The notes beneath the pieces were generated by a model. That model was not told the origin of the DNA. It worked only from the letters and a program-made list of their open reading frames with translations, and did no database searches. This document shows, in pieces, positions 1-11,338 of a stretch of 64,000 bases of DNA (position 1 is its first letter; each line of letters opens with the position of its first letter). Both the position numbers and the translations under genes were made by a program. Source of the DNA: Octopus vulgaris (lineage: Eukaryota). The stretch spans positions 45,198,001-45,262,000 of the forward strand of contig OX597825.1 in the NCBI GenBank assembly GCA_951406725.2, written 5' to 3'.

Positions 1-1289
1 CATTCTTCACATGAATAATAGTTGAATCCTAAAACAAATCTTTTATGGTCAGCTTGAAAATTCACAACACAATGTAGACAGGCAACCTCTACAGTATAAG
101 AATAAATTCAAAGATAAATTGATATACTTGAATATCAGAGAAAAGAAAACACTGAGAACTTTGCAAGCAACCATGCCAACTGGAGGAGAGTGCTTTTTCC
201 ACCTTCAAAATTTGGTGACTCAAAGGTACCTCATCAAGATGAGTTACAAGAAAATAGGAAAATAAACCAACAGAATAACAATCTTCTTGCAAAGTACCAT
301 TGTCCACAATGATTTCTCTGCGTATAAAACTTGGAGAATCAAAATATGATCTAGCAGAGCATTTGACTCTACTCACCTGAAGAGGTTCATATGCCACTTT
401 TTCTGAGTGATATTAATGTAGTGCAGTTTATAATATGTGTAACATTCCGCAATGAACAGCTGGTAGTGATGTATAGAAACAATTGCAATGATATCTTCAA
501 TCTATCTTCTTGTATTAATATTTTTAATATTTTCTCTATAGATATTTACAGATTTCTACAGTATATCCAGTGATAGAAAAAGTCCCTAGCATTTGGTACC
601 TAATACCTGAAGAGAAGCTTTGGAAAACACACTATAAGGCTTTTCCCCAGATAATATTACAATTTTATATATATATTACACATGCACAGGTTGGTTCGGT
701 GCCACTCATTTGCTTTTTCGTTCAGCAAAGTTCTTTCATTGCTATTTGCAACCTTTTGAATACCTTCTATTTCAGTTAATTACAGAGGCTATTTTGCCTG
801 TGCGAGACCTCATTGGTTGCAGGTGTGTGCAGTTTAGGAGAGGAGGCAAGGGTGCTGATGACCGATGTGTTTGTGTGTGCATACATGTGTATATGTGTGT
901 GTCTGAGAGTGTGTGTGTGTATTCCTGCATCTGTGCATATGCATGACTGCATGTGTGTGAAGAATTTTATTTTCGCAATTATTTATAGACAGCACTTGGC
1001 AACAGATGTAGAAATGGCTGTAAGATTTGTTATGTCACCTATTTGTTATGTCATACTTTGTATATTAAAAAACACACTATAAATGTGGTCCAATCGATGT
1101 TTGTTAATCTGAGGTTTTCTCCATTTTCTGATTATTTGTATTTGGTTCTTGATAAACTCTTGTTTATCCTGTTGTTATCTGCACCCTACGTGTATGATGT
1201 GCCTGCACACCAACGCCCAGGCATAGCATGGGTAACAGATACCAGTACATACGGATATTTTATCCCTTAGTCGGTTATTACAACTGCTA

Positions 1290-1830
1290 ACTCTGTTTAC
1301 ACTATGTGTGTGTGTGTAATGACCTTTTTTCAGTTTACATCTACCAAATTCACCCACAAAGCTTCTTGCCACACAGCCATGCCTGCACTGTGCTTCTTTT
1401 TCAGATATATGATACACTGATGATGTGAGTGTGTGTGTAGGGGTGGGATGAGTGTGTGCACATGCGCACGTGTTTAGGTATATCCTTATCATTGTTTTAA
1501 TGTCCTTTTTTTCCGTGTTAGTGTAAGTTAGACAAAATTTATCAAGGCAGTTACCTTCTTGTCACCAACCCTCACCAATCTGCAAGTGAGGTAATATTTC
1601 CCTTAATTCTTTAAATATGAACATTTACAACTAACAATGTCAATATAGAGACACAAACATAAATACATGCACACACATACATACTCACCCCCACATATAA
1701 ATGTATGATGAGCTCCTTTTAGTTTCTATCTACCAAATCCACTCAGAGTTTGGTCAGACCAGTGTTATAGTAGAAAACAATTGCCCAAAGTACAGTACAA
1801 TGGAATTGAACCCAAAGCTGCAGAGTTATG
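1290..1830 (-). mobile_element. Degenerate tRNA-derived SINE copies
   Basis: Segments such as tttcagtttacatctaccaaattcacccacaaagc and taccaaatccactcagagtttggtc match the SINE at 33275-33655. Confidence 0.55.
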
Positions 1831-1845
1831 AAGTGAACTTCTTTA

Positions 1846-1884
<39 letters not shown>

Positions 1885-2869
1885 CACGCACGTTCATGTG
1901 CATCTGTTTTTACATGCATACATACATGCATGTACTTAGACAGATACATATGCAGTATGTGCAGAAAACTATATCTTTGAATTGTTGCACACATTGAAAG
2001 GCTCTCATACTTTGAGGGAAAATACCTTATGTAATTTTATAAATTTCTTACATCTGCTCTGAAATATTTCATTTGAGAATGTTAAACACAGGAATTTTAA
2101 GTTAATCACAGCATTGATTATATGATGTGAAATATTAAAACTTGCTTTGAGAATTACCATTCTGCTGGGGATTTCATCAAATATTTAGAGAAAAGTCAGC
2201 TTCAAACACCTGCTCTTTTTCAGTACTTTTCGGTAAATCCAGGTTTTACAAAATTGTTGGAAAGCAGTAAATAAAACACAATATGTTCCAGTCAGTAAAT
2301 TGACTATCTTACTGCTTCATCTCAGATCAAATTTTTTTTAAATCATAACATGATTCATTATTCTGTTCTAGAAATTACTGACGGTAATAGTAGAATAACT
2401 TTCATTGACTTCTATAATTTCTGATATATACATTTTCCCTCCTCGTACTTGAAGCTTGTTCCTAAAAAACTAGCAGGTGTACATCTAATATAAGCTTCTG
2501 GCATCCGCATTTTATAAGTAACTAATGGAATTAGATACTCTACAGCACAATAACAAAATTTTTCACTGAGTTATATATACACTATCATATCAAAAATACA
2601 TACATTTTTGTTGAATTAAATTCTCAATCAAAAAGAGACTACTGTGGCATTCTAAATTGCTCTTATTTATCTAACCAGTTGCAGACATTTTAAAATAGCT
2701 AAAAGCATCACTATGTTTATAGATATATTTGCTTTAATGTTTGAAATCCTATGTTCCAAGTGATATACTGACAAGAGTCGGTTAGATCAATAGATTTAAA
2801 GATTTACATGAATATTTACAGAACAGGTGATTTACAAATAAAGATATTTGGTACTGTAGCAATATCGTC

Positions 2870-4225
2870 AGGATCATGTACGGTCGTATCGTATAAGAGA
2901 CAGTCGCACACGATCCCATTCTTAATAATTATTTTACTGACTATATAATACATGCAGCGGCAATACACATAAGTTTGGAATGACAACAAGATTTCTTTTT
3001 AAGCTATATACATTATTTATTTTACATATTTTACAATCATGCTTGATGTTGGAAGTTTGTAAGTGTTAGCATGTTTTTGTGTCTGTGTGTTAGTGTGTGA
3101 CAGACAATGAATGTGGTTGACATAGAAAAGTACCTGATGGTGGAAGATAGCAGTCTTTGGTTGTTGAGCGTACATTGGCATAGTGGTTAAGGAACAGTTG
3201 TATCATTTTGTTGTTTAGCGCTGTCTCTGAAGCTAGTTCTTACAAGAACTAAAGACAGATAATTGATTTACTGTTTATGAGGTACACGAGGTGTAAGAGT
3301 TCAATATCAAGATGTTGTGTCTCGGAGCTGACATCTGTTGAATCGCTTGTTGCGTTTATCTTTCTCTTGATATGAATCTACTTCCAGATGTGTTAACTGT
3401 AGCCGTTTTTTCCGTGGCGAGATTTCACCTAACCGCTATAGTTGAATCTGTGATAGTCTTGTGTACTATTTAAAACTTCGTCGCTACCTACGAAGATTTA
3501 GCTCGTACATAAGATGGCTACAAAACCAACTTTTACTGTTTGTGTGAAAACCACACCACGGAAAAACAGTTGCAGTAATCTATATCAAGAGGAACAAAAA
3601 CCAAGCAAACATCGTCCCTAGCTACGAAGTTTTAAATAGTACACAAGACTATCACAGATTCAACTATAGCGGTTAGGTGAAATCTCGCCACGGAAAAAAC
3701 AGCTACAGTTAACACATCTGGAAGTAGATTCATATCAAGAGAAAGATAAACGCAACAAGCGATTCAACAGATGTCAGCTCCGAGACACAACATCTTGATA
3801 TTGAACTCTTACACCTCGTGTACCTCATAAACAGTAAATCAATTACCTGTCTTTAGTTCTTGTAAGAACTAGCTTCAGAGACAGCGCTAAACAACAAAAT
3901 GATACAATGGTTCCTTAACCACTATGCCAATGTACGCTCAACACCCAAAGACTGCTATCTTCCACCATCAGGTACTTTTCTATGTCAACCACATTCATTG
4001 TTCTGTCACACACTAACACACAGACACAAACACGTGTTGCATGCTCCCATACACTTCCAACCTTAACTTCATTGTAAATAAAATCTTATCTTGCCTCTCA
4101 AACAGTGACTTGTTGTCAATCCCTTATGTTCTATTGTGCTGCATGTATAAATGGTTTGTCTAACTCATTAAGAATGGGATCACGTGCGATTGTATTATCT
4201 ATATGATACGACCACATGTGATCTC
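2870..4225. repeat. Long palindrome / foldback element (arms ~2870-3485 and ~3620-4225, ~135 bp spacer)
   Basis: 3076-3485 is the reverse complement of 3620-4030 with about 6 differences by eye. The outer ~200 bp are still alignable but far more diverged. Confidence 0.95.
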
Positions 4226-5018
4226 GTTTTAGTACTATTATTCAACTGACAAGAACACAGAATAGGGATTTAATTACTAATACTGGCATGAAAGATTGAA
4301 GAAGATAAAAATCACATAATACATAAGTAGTGCTGAGTTTGTAAGAGCTAAATTCTTTACAAATAAGCTGGCAGAGTCATTAGAGCATATAACATTTGTT
4401 TCTTCTAATTCTTTACATTCTGAATTCAAATCATGCTGGAGTCAACTTTGCCTTCCATCCATCTGTGCTCAATAAAATAAAGTGCTTATCAAATACTGGC
4501 TTCTATGGGGACAACTTTCTCACTCTGCTCAAACTGCCTGGTTCTCTGAAACAACAATACCAACAAGAATTGCCACAGCTGCTATCATCATTAATATTAT
4601 TACCATGTGTGCATGTGCTTAGGTAAGTATATGTATTATGTATGTGTGTACATATATTTATGATGATTGCCTAAGCTTGCACAACACTTTTACCACTCTC
4701 TGTCACCATGGTAAGTTCCATTGACAAACATTGCAAGATGACTGGTACTTCTTTAGCTGCTAGCTCTATGTGAGAGTATCTTTCTCCTGGAAGAGGTATC
4801 TTCCCCATGGTTTTGTCAAAAATAACATGAGCCTCCACTACCCTTGAAAAATCTATTTGACCCATATATGAGACCCTGAGAGATACTACCATTCTGGGTC
4901 AGAATGAAGCTGGGAGTAAACATGATTAAGGGGTGACCCCAGACTCCCCACAACTTCAGAACTCCTGAACTGGAGCCTCAACACTGGATGCAGTTACATG
5001 TCATACATATACATATTT

Positions 5019-5916
5019 ACATGGTCTGATCAATAAGTATCCGGACTGTTATCATAGTAATGAAACTAAAGCACACAGAGTGAAGCTGCTTAGCACAGAT
5101 TGACCTTGAACTCTGCTGTGCATATGCACTAAGTTTTAACATTCTAGCTCACTGCCACTGTTTACATCAGTGCTTAGAAGGAAGGTGTGTAGTGTGTGAT
5201 CATCGCATTGAGCATGACAGAGAAAGTTAAGCAGAGAATCTGCATCAAATTTTGCCAAAAGCTTGGCCATGCCTGCCCAGAGGCCTACGCATAGTTTTCT
5301 AAAAGTTTTCATTGTTCTCAACACAATGAAAGAGCTCTTGTGCAACTGAAACCCAAGTGTCTTTTTGGTCAGCTGAAAGTAGTTTTGGCACAAAGTTGGT
5401 AGACACATGTCCCATATCCAAATCTTCAATGATAATAGACTGAACTGAACCATAACTAATCGGTACATCCTCTGATAACTCACAGATAGTGATTCAATGA
5501 TTTCCCCTCACAGTTGCATGCACATCTGCAACGTTTTTCTCAGTTCTGCAAGTTGTGGGTCTCCCAAAACGTTCACTAATATCAACATTTTTTCAGCCAT
5601 CTTGGAAATGTTTGAACCACTCATATATTTGTGTGTGGCTCATACACTACTCTCCATACATTTTCTGCAACTTTGCATAGGCCTCTGAGCAGGTGTCACC
5701 ATGACAACTTTCTCTGTCGTGGTCAGTGCGATGATCGCATGCTACACACGTTCCTTCCAAGGACTGCTGTAAACAGCAGAAGTGAGCTAGAATGTTAAAA
5801 CTTAGTGCACATGCACAGCAGAATCCAAGGTCAATCTGTGCTAAGTGGCTTCCCTTTGTGTGCTTTAACTTCATTACTATAGCAACGGTCTGGATATTTA
5901 TTGATCAGACCTCATA
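5019..5916. mobile_element. Mariner deletion derivative built from two inverted 5' ends
   Basis: TIR ggtctgatcaataagtatccggac / gtctggatatttattgatcagacc with TA flanks. The inverted similarity extends into the transposase start on both sides (MTEKVKQRICIKFCQKLG on +; HTH region YEWFKHFQDG...GRP on -). Confidence 0.85.
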
Positions 5917-5949
5917 TGCATACACATGTATATGGATATATATACATGT

Positions 5950-6300
5950 GGGGGGAGGTACAAGATATTCAGACTAAATTTCATGATTTTTTCATCTCCT
6001 TTTTACAGGAACAGTTTGATGTATTGGTGAAGAGTCAATGGCATTGGTGAGCATAAAGTTGACAAAAAGTTAGCTGAGATGGAGGACTGGAATCCATCTG
6101 AATATTGGAAAAGAGTTACCTGTGTCATGATGATTCATGCCAGGTATCAAAATGCTAACACCAACTGCTCTTCCTGCAACACTAAAGCTGACCTGGTGGC
6201 TATGATCAAGGAAGTATTCGAAGATTTTCCAAGGGCCACAGTGAGGAATGTATGCACCAGGTTCCAGAGCCATCTTGAGGCTGTGGTGGAAACTGAGAGC
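5950..6300 (+). mobile_element. Tc1/mariner (maT-like) transposase C-terminal remnant
   Basis: ORF 6079-6339 ends KADLVAMIKEVFEDFPRATVRNVCTRFQSHLEAVVETE, a typical IS630-Tc1-mariner C-terminus. Confidence 0.6.
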
Positions 6301-6720
6301 AGTATCTCATCCATGCGGGATCGATGCAGGATGGGTTGAAATGATCATTGTGAGCAATAAAGTTTCTCGTATATTCCTTTTTCCGTCTCTGTCATTTGTT
6401 ATATATATATTATTTCATTTGTATATTGTATATTGCATATTAATTTCGTATTCATATGTTCACTTTCTGTTATGTTTGGTCCCTTGTTCATTGGTTTGCT
6501 ATTTCTTGGTGACTTCTCACCACTGATTCCACCAAAAGGGAATCATATTCTCATAAAAAGTACAAAATTGACGAGAACCTTTGACTGATAGCTGATAAGG
6601 ATTTGGTGACCTTCTGTGTCTGTTTTCCATGTGTTTGTGCTTATATATATATTATATATATTATGTGCTTTTTAAACTTTTATATATATATACAAACACA
6701 CACACACACATATATATACA

Positions 6721-7975
6721 CTAGCTGTTGGACCCAGCATTGCTCATATTTTCCATGTTGAAGTTAAGCCCACCTCTGACCTTGTATTGAAATTGTCTAC
6801 ATTCCCCATGCCAACTATTACCCATTAAGATATTATATCTGGTTCAGCAGATTTACCCAGTAAATGCTTTCGACATATTCCTACATACTGGACCATCTGA
6901 AATCGCAGTCAAACTTTTGGGTGTTCCTTGACCCATTGAGAATAATGTTTGTTTATTTCTCTCCCCTTAATGCCACCCTCTGTACAAAATTGATCAGTGA
7001 GTCCAATCTCAGCAAAATCCAAAGAAAAGTGTTACATGAAAATATCCCATTGACTTTTAAATCCCAATACATTATATGAATAATCGATGTCAAAGTGCTT
7101 AATTTTACTCATTTTTCTTCAAAATTAGTTGAATTAGAGTGAATTTTGATGATTTCTGCCTTTCACCAGTTTAATTTTAGTTCTCCTACATGACTCTGAC
7201 CATAAACTTTACCTAAATGTCAAATTTCATCAAAATCGATTGAATTCTGTATAAGTTACAGCATAAAATATTAATCCTGTGGGTAATTGCATACAAAAAA
7301 CTTATTGATTTCTCAAAATTCCCCACTCATGCACAATTATTGATTTTTTGTCAACTCTTCATGTTGGCATTAACTAATGGACATGAACTGTAATCACATG
7401 TAAAATTTCTACAAAATTGATAAGAATGTCTCTAAGGAAATGCTTATTTGCATTTGTGCCCTGCCCTTTTCAAGCCCTTTTGAATTAAATAAACACCTTT
7501 ACTGTTTCCCCCACCACAAAATTTACCTACATTTCAAATATCATTAAAATCAGATAAAAAAATATAAAAGTTATAGCCGAAAATAAAATCCCTAGGGGTA
7601 TTTGCATGCAAAAAGCCTATTGATTTTATAAAACCACTGCTCAGGTGCAATTATCAATTTTTTTGTAAACACCATTTACTGACATCAACTCACTGCCATG
7701 GGCCTCACTCACTTATCGATTTTCATCAAAATCAGACAAAAATGCAAAAGCTGCAGGGAAAATAACATCGTTATGGGAATTTCCATTCAAACGCCTGATT
7801 GAGCTCACAAAGATCGATGCCAACTGAGCATTATTGAGTTTTCGAAAAATTCCAGCCTTATTTGAACTTCAGGGCATGTAATCTACCTATGTGCCAAAAA
7901 TCATTAAAATCGGTTGGACGAGTTAGAGTAGCCCCAAACACACAGACAGACAGACACCATTACACATTTATGTAT
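6721..7975 (-). mobile_element. Non-autonomous Helitron with internal degenerate repeats
   Basis: Minus strand ends in a decayed GC hairpin + CTAG|T at 6721. The motif aaatttcatcaaaatcg recurs at about 7222, 7402, 7535, 7719 and 7897. The acacacagacagacagac segment near the other end is shared with the other Helitrons here. Confidence 0.7.
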
Positions 7976-7977
7976 GC

Positions 7978-8011
<34 letters not shown>

Positions 8012-8013
<2 letters not shown>

Positions 8014-8239
8014 GCCATGTTGGATCGCTAGCCCCTACACGCAATTTTTTTCTCTCCTTGTTTCTTTTCTGTGTATCTTTCTGTCGAAGAGCATAGGCTC
8101 AAAACGTAAAAGACTTGTTTTATTTCTATTCCTGAGCGCCATACTAATACATTATTTGTTTGTACTCCACCTGCCTTCGTCTTTTGTTTATTTTCGTAAA
8201 CCTGCTTTTATCTTTTGTTTATTTTCGTAAACCTTCTGT

Positions 8240-8245
<6 letters not shown>
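8012..8245 (+). repeat. Penelope pLTR-like repeat with decayed hammerhead-like motif, between (TA)n tracts
   Basis: tcttt-ctgtcgaaga-gcataggctc-aaaacgta-aaaga at about 8076-8113 resembles stemI-CUGAAGA-stemII-GAAA-CGUA-stemI, with both core motifs mutated. Confidence 0.4.
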
Positions 8246-8276
<31 letters not shown>

Positions 8277-8399
8277 GGAGAGAGAGAGAGAGAGAAAAGT
8301 GCAGAGATAGGCTTAGAAAGGTTGGAAAAATAAAAGCAACAGAAAATTATTTCAGGTAGCCAGAAGGTAAGCTAGATGACAGGTCTATATAGCTAATAG

Positions 8400-9080
8400 T
8401 AAAGAAGAAGGGAATAGATTTGCCACTGCTTTACTGTATGAGTACAGTGGACATGATGTGTTCTGGATTACAAGACTGTGTTAGAGAGAATGAAGATGCT
8501 GTGCATGGATGGATCACAATACACTTGTACTTCATAATTCTGAAAAAAAGAGATGCAAAGTTATTGATACAAAAGACTATTAAATATAGAAAATGTTTGG
8601 GAGCAAGAAGGTCTTCCCAACATAGACACAAAAGGGGTATCAACTATCCTAGTTGACAGCAATAAGATAAGACAGAGCAATTAAGGATTTGAAGGCAGGA
8701 AAAGCTCTTTGTCCATCAGGGATTATCACAGATGCTTAAACTATTTGAAGGAGTAGGCTATGGATGAATTACCCATGTAGTTAATTAGATTATACAGTGT
8801 ACATGAAAAACAAAGTATAAATGTGTTGAGAGAAAAATTGGGGATAAGGAATATCAGATGTAGTGTGTAAGAGAGATGACTATATTGGTGTAATTATGTG
8901 CTGAGCATGGAGGAAAACAGCTGTATAAAGAAGGGCCAATCACTTAAAGTGGATGCAATGAATGGAAGAGGGAGACCCAGAAAGATACAGGATGAAGTAA
9001 TAAAGACTGGCCTTAAGATATTGAGTCTCCTGGAGATGGCAAAGGACTGTGATAGTTAGTGATTCACTATACTTGATGTC
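8400..9080 (+). mobile_element. Highly decayed RTE LINE fragments
   Basis: Similar to the RTE copies at 28100-28500 and 15330-15600 (ttgagagaaaaattggggataaggaatatcagatgtagtgtg; ggaagagggagacccagaaagatac). Confidence 0.65.
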
Positions 9081-9949
9081 ACAGTGAAAGTGAAGCATTA
9101 TGTTTGTTTATGCACTGAACGGCCCTGCCCCTGCATTATGTTTATCTATGCACTGAACAGGCCCAGCCCCTGCACCTAATCTTCTCCCATCAAGCCTTCC
9201 CCACCTCTCATCATCCTAACACCCATCCATTCATCAGTCTTCTAACTTGAGAATATTTACACTATATCTATCATATCAAAATTACATAGGAACTTTACAT
9301 TTAAAATTTCATCCCATTACACACAAATGTTTAAACTATGGCCCATTTGAATAATGAAAGCTTACATTGACTCTATAGTTGTTGTTAGGTAATATATTGA
9401 TTTCATTTAACATACTGAATATAATGCAATACCACAGTATAGATACATAGAATTTTTCATTTCAGCATAAGTTGACCAAAATAATATCCATTTAAAAGGA
9501 AGGCTTCAGCCTCTGGTTGAAACCAGTAACAATAAATTGAGACAGAATGGTTGGTAGCAATAGCATAACTGCAAAAGGGGAGAAGGGCAACTGAATCAGA
9601 GAAAATCAGGACAAAACAACTGAAATAAGCATCTGAATATTCATGTAAGTGTAGAAAATATAATTCTGTTTGTAATTAGGATGTCTCAAGCCAAAAGCCA
9701 TCTACTCTAAAATAAGACACTGGACCAGCTTTCACAGTGTGTGAATATTCAGGTGCCAATTGATAACCATCAATAAGTATATATCACTCTGCCAATACAT
9801 CTCATTTTTTTTATTTTTAAATTTTAAGTTTTTATTTTGGCTAAAAATGCATAACATATATAGTTTATAAACATATATAATTTAAAAACATATATAGTTT
9901 AAAATCCTCCTGATCACTATTCAATTAAATTAAACTCTAATTATTTTCT

Positions 9950-10395
9950 GCTCCGGTTTTTAGGACTCTACTGTTTGCCTTCTGATTCAGGAACAACTCT
10001 GGACTGGAGAACCAGTTGTTCATATAGATATATCCTTTGTGCATCAAGTCCTCATTCAGCAACAACATGACATTAGTTGATGCTGGAATATCAGATCTGT
10101 CCTCAGCAGTGAAGATTTTTTAATTCTAAGTGTAACCACATACTCTGCTTGATGTCTGACACACTTTATATAACTTGACTCCAAAGCAGGCATGTTTAGT
10201 TGGGTTGTATTGTTTGAATTTGAGTTTTCCCTTGAATTTCCATGAACTCTTGTCCATACAGATGTCCTGTGTAAAGATATACACCATTCTGAAATTTTCA
10301 GCCACTTTATCAATGATAAGACATATTTTGCATAGCCAATCATCCTGATTTTTGCCTGAGTTGAAATGGAGATTTCTGAGGAGTGCCACAAAAAA
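9950..10395 (-). mobile_element. piggyBac transposase remnant
   Basis: ORF 10126-10389 contains WKFKGKLKFKQYNPTKHACFGVKLYKVC, matching the piggyBac G.L.FKQY.P.K...FG.K motif. Frameshifted. Confidence 0.75.
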
Positions 10396-10800
10396 ATATA
10401 TTTGGAATTAGTCTTTATTTTGTATGACAATCTTTGCGACTATCCTGGTACAGTTTCTTATGGGTGGGACTTCGTGCATTATACAGTATTGCATCTATTT
10501 TGCAGTCTGAGTCACAGGTGCATCCATACCTAAAGTGGTATCTCACTAAAGATTTTGATTTTGAACAGTCATGTTGTTACTTGCCTGTTGATTCCCTAAC
10601 TTGATGGGCAAGTAACAACACGACTGCCCAAACTCAAGATCTTTATCAAGACACCTTTTAATGTATGGATATACCTAATGTGACCCAGACTGCAAAATCG
10701 ATGCAACACAACATAATGCACTAAGTCCCACCCATAAGGAACAGTAGTAGGATAGGTCGAAAAGATTGTTGCACAAAATAAGACTAATACTAAATCCATG
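10395..10800. repeat. Inverted repeat, ~190 bp arms with ~17 bp spacer
   Basis: 10395-10588 is a diverged reverse complement of 10606-10800 (e.g. cttatgggtgggactt / aagtcccacccataag; tgttgttacttgcc / ggcaagtaacaaca). Confidence 0.85.
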
Positions 10801-10971
10801 TTCTGATTACTTACTCAGTTACTATTATCTCAACTAACACTGCAGAATTCCTGAAGTAGATCCAACAGAATACACCCCAACTGCAGATGACATGAGGTAG
10901 CCCAAACTGTGCCAGTGCTTTACTCAACACATTAACACACTAATCAACATGTACTCATTAGTCCAAAATAT

Positions 10972-11007
<36 letters not shown>

Positions 11008-11293
11008 CATTCACTGATAACCTATATACAAATGCAAAGGCACTTTATTTCACATTGCTCCAGTTCACTCAGCTGTAGAAATGAGTTGTGACGTCACTGG
11101 TGCTAAGCCGTATCAGCCTTTGCCATTCCCTTGGACAACATCATTGGTGTGGAGGGAGGAGGGTGGTAGGCATGGGCAGCTGCTGGCCTTCCATAAACAA
11201 CCTTGCCTAAACTTGTGCCTAGGAGGGGAACTTTCTAGGTGCAATCCCATTGGTCATACATGGCCGAAGGGGGTCTTCAGACTTTGCCCTTTT

Positions 11294-11337
<44 letters not shown>

Positions 11338-11338
<1 letters not shown>

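Noticed and set aside
89-397. 102 aa minus-strand ORF and a consensus donor CAG|GTGAGT at 377
   Set aside because: No recognisable domain, no good upstream acceptor, and upstream frames are closed by stops. Cannot be tied to the host gene.
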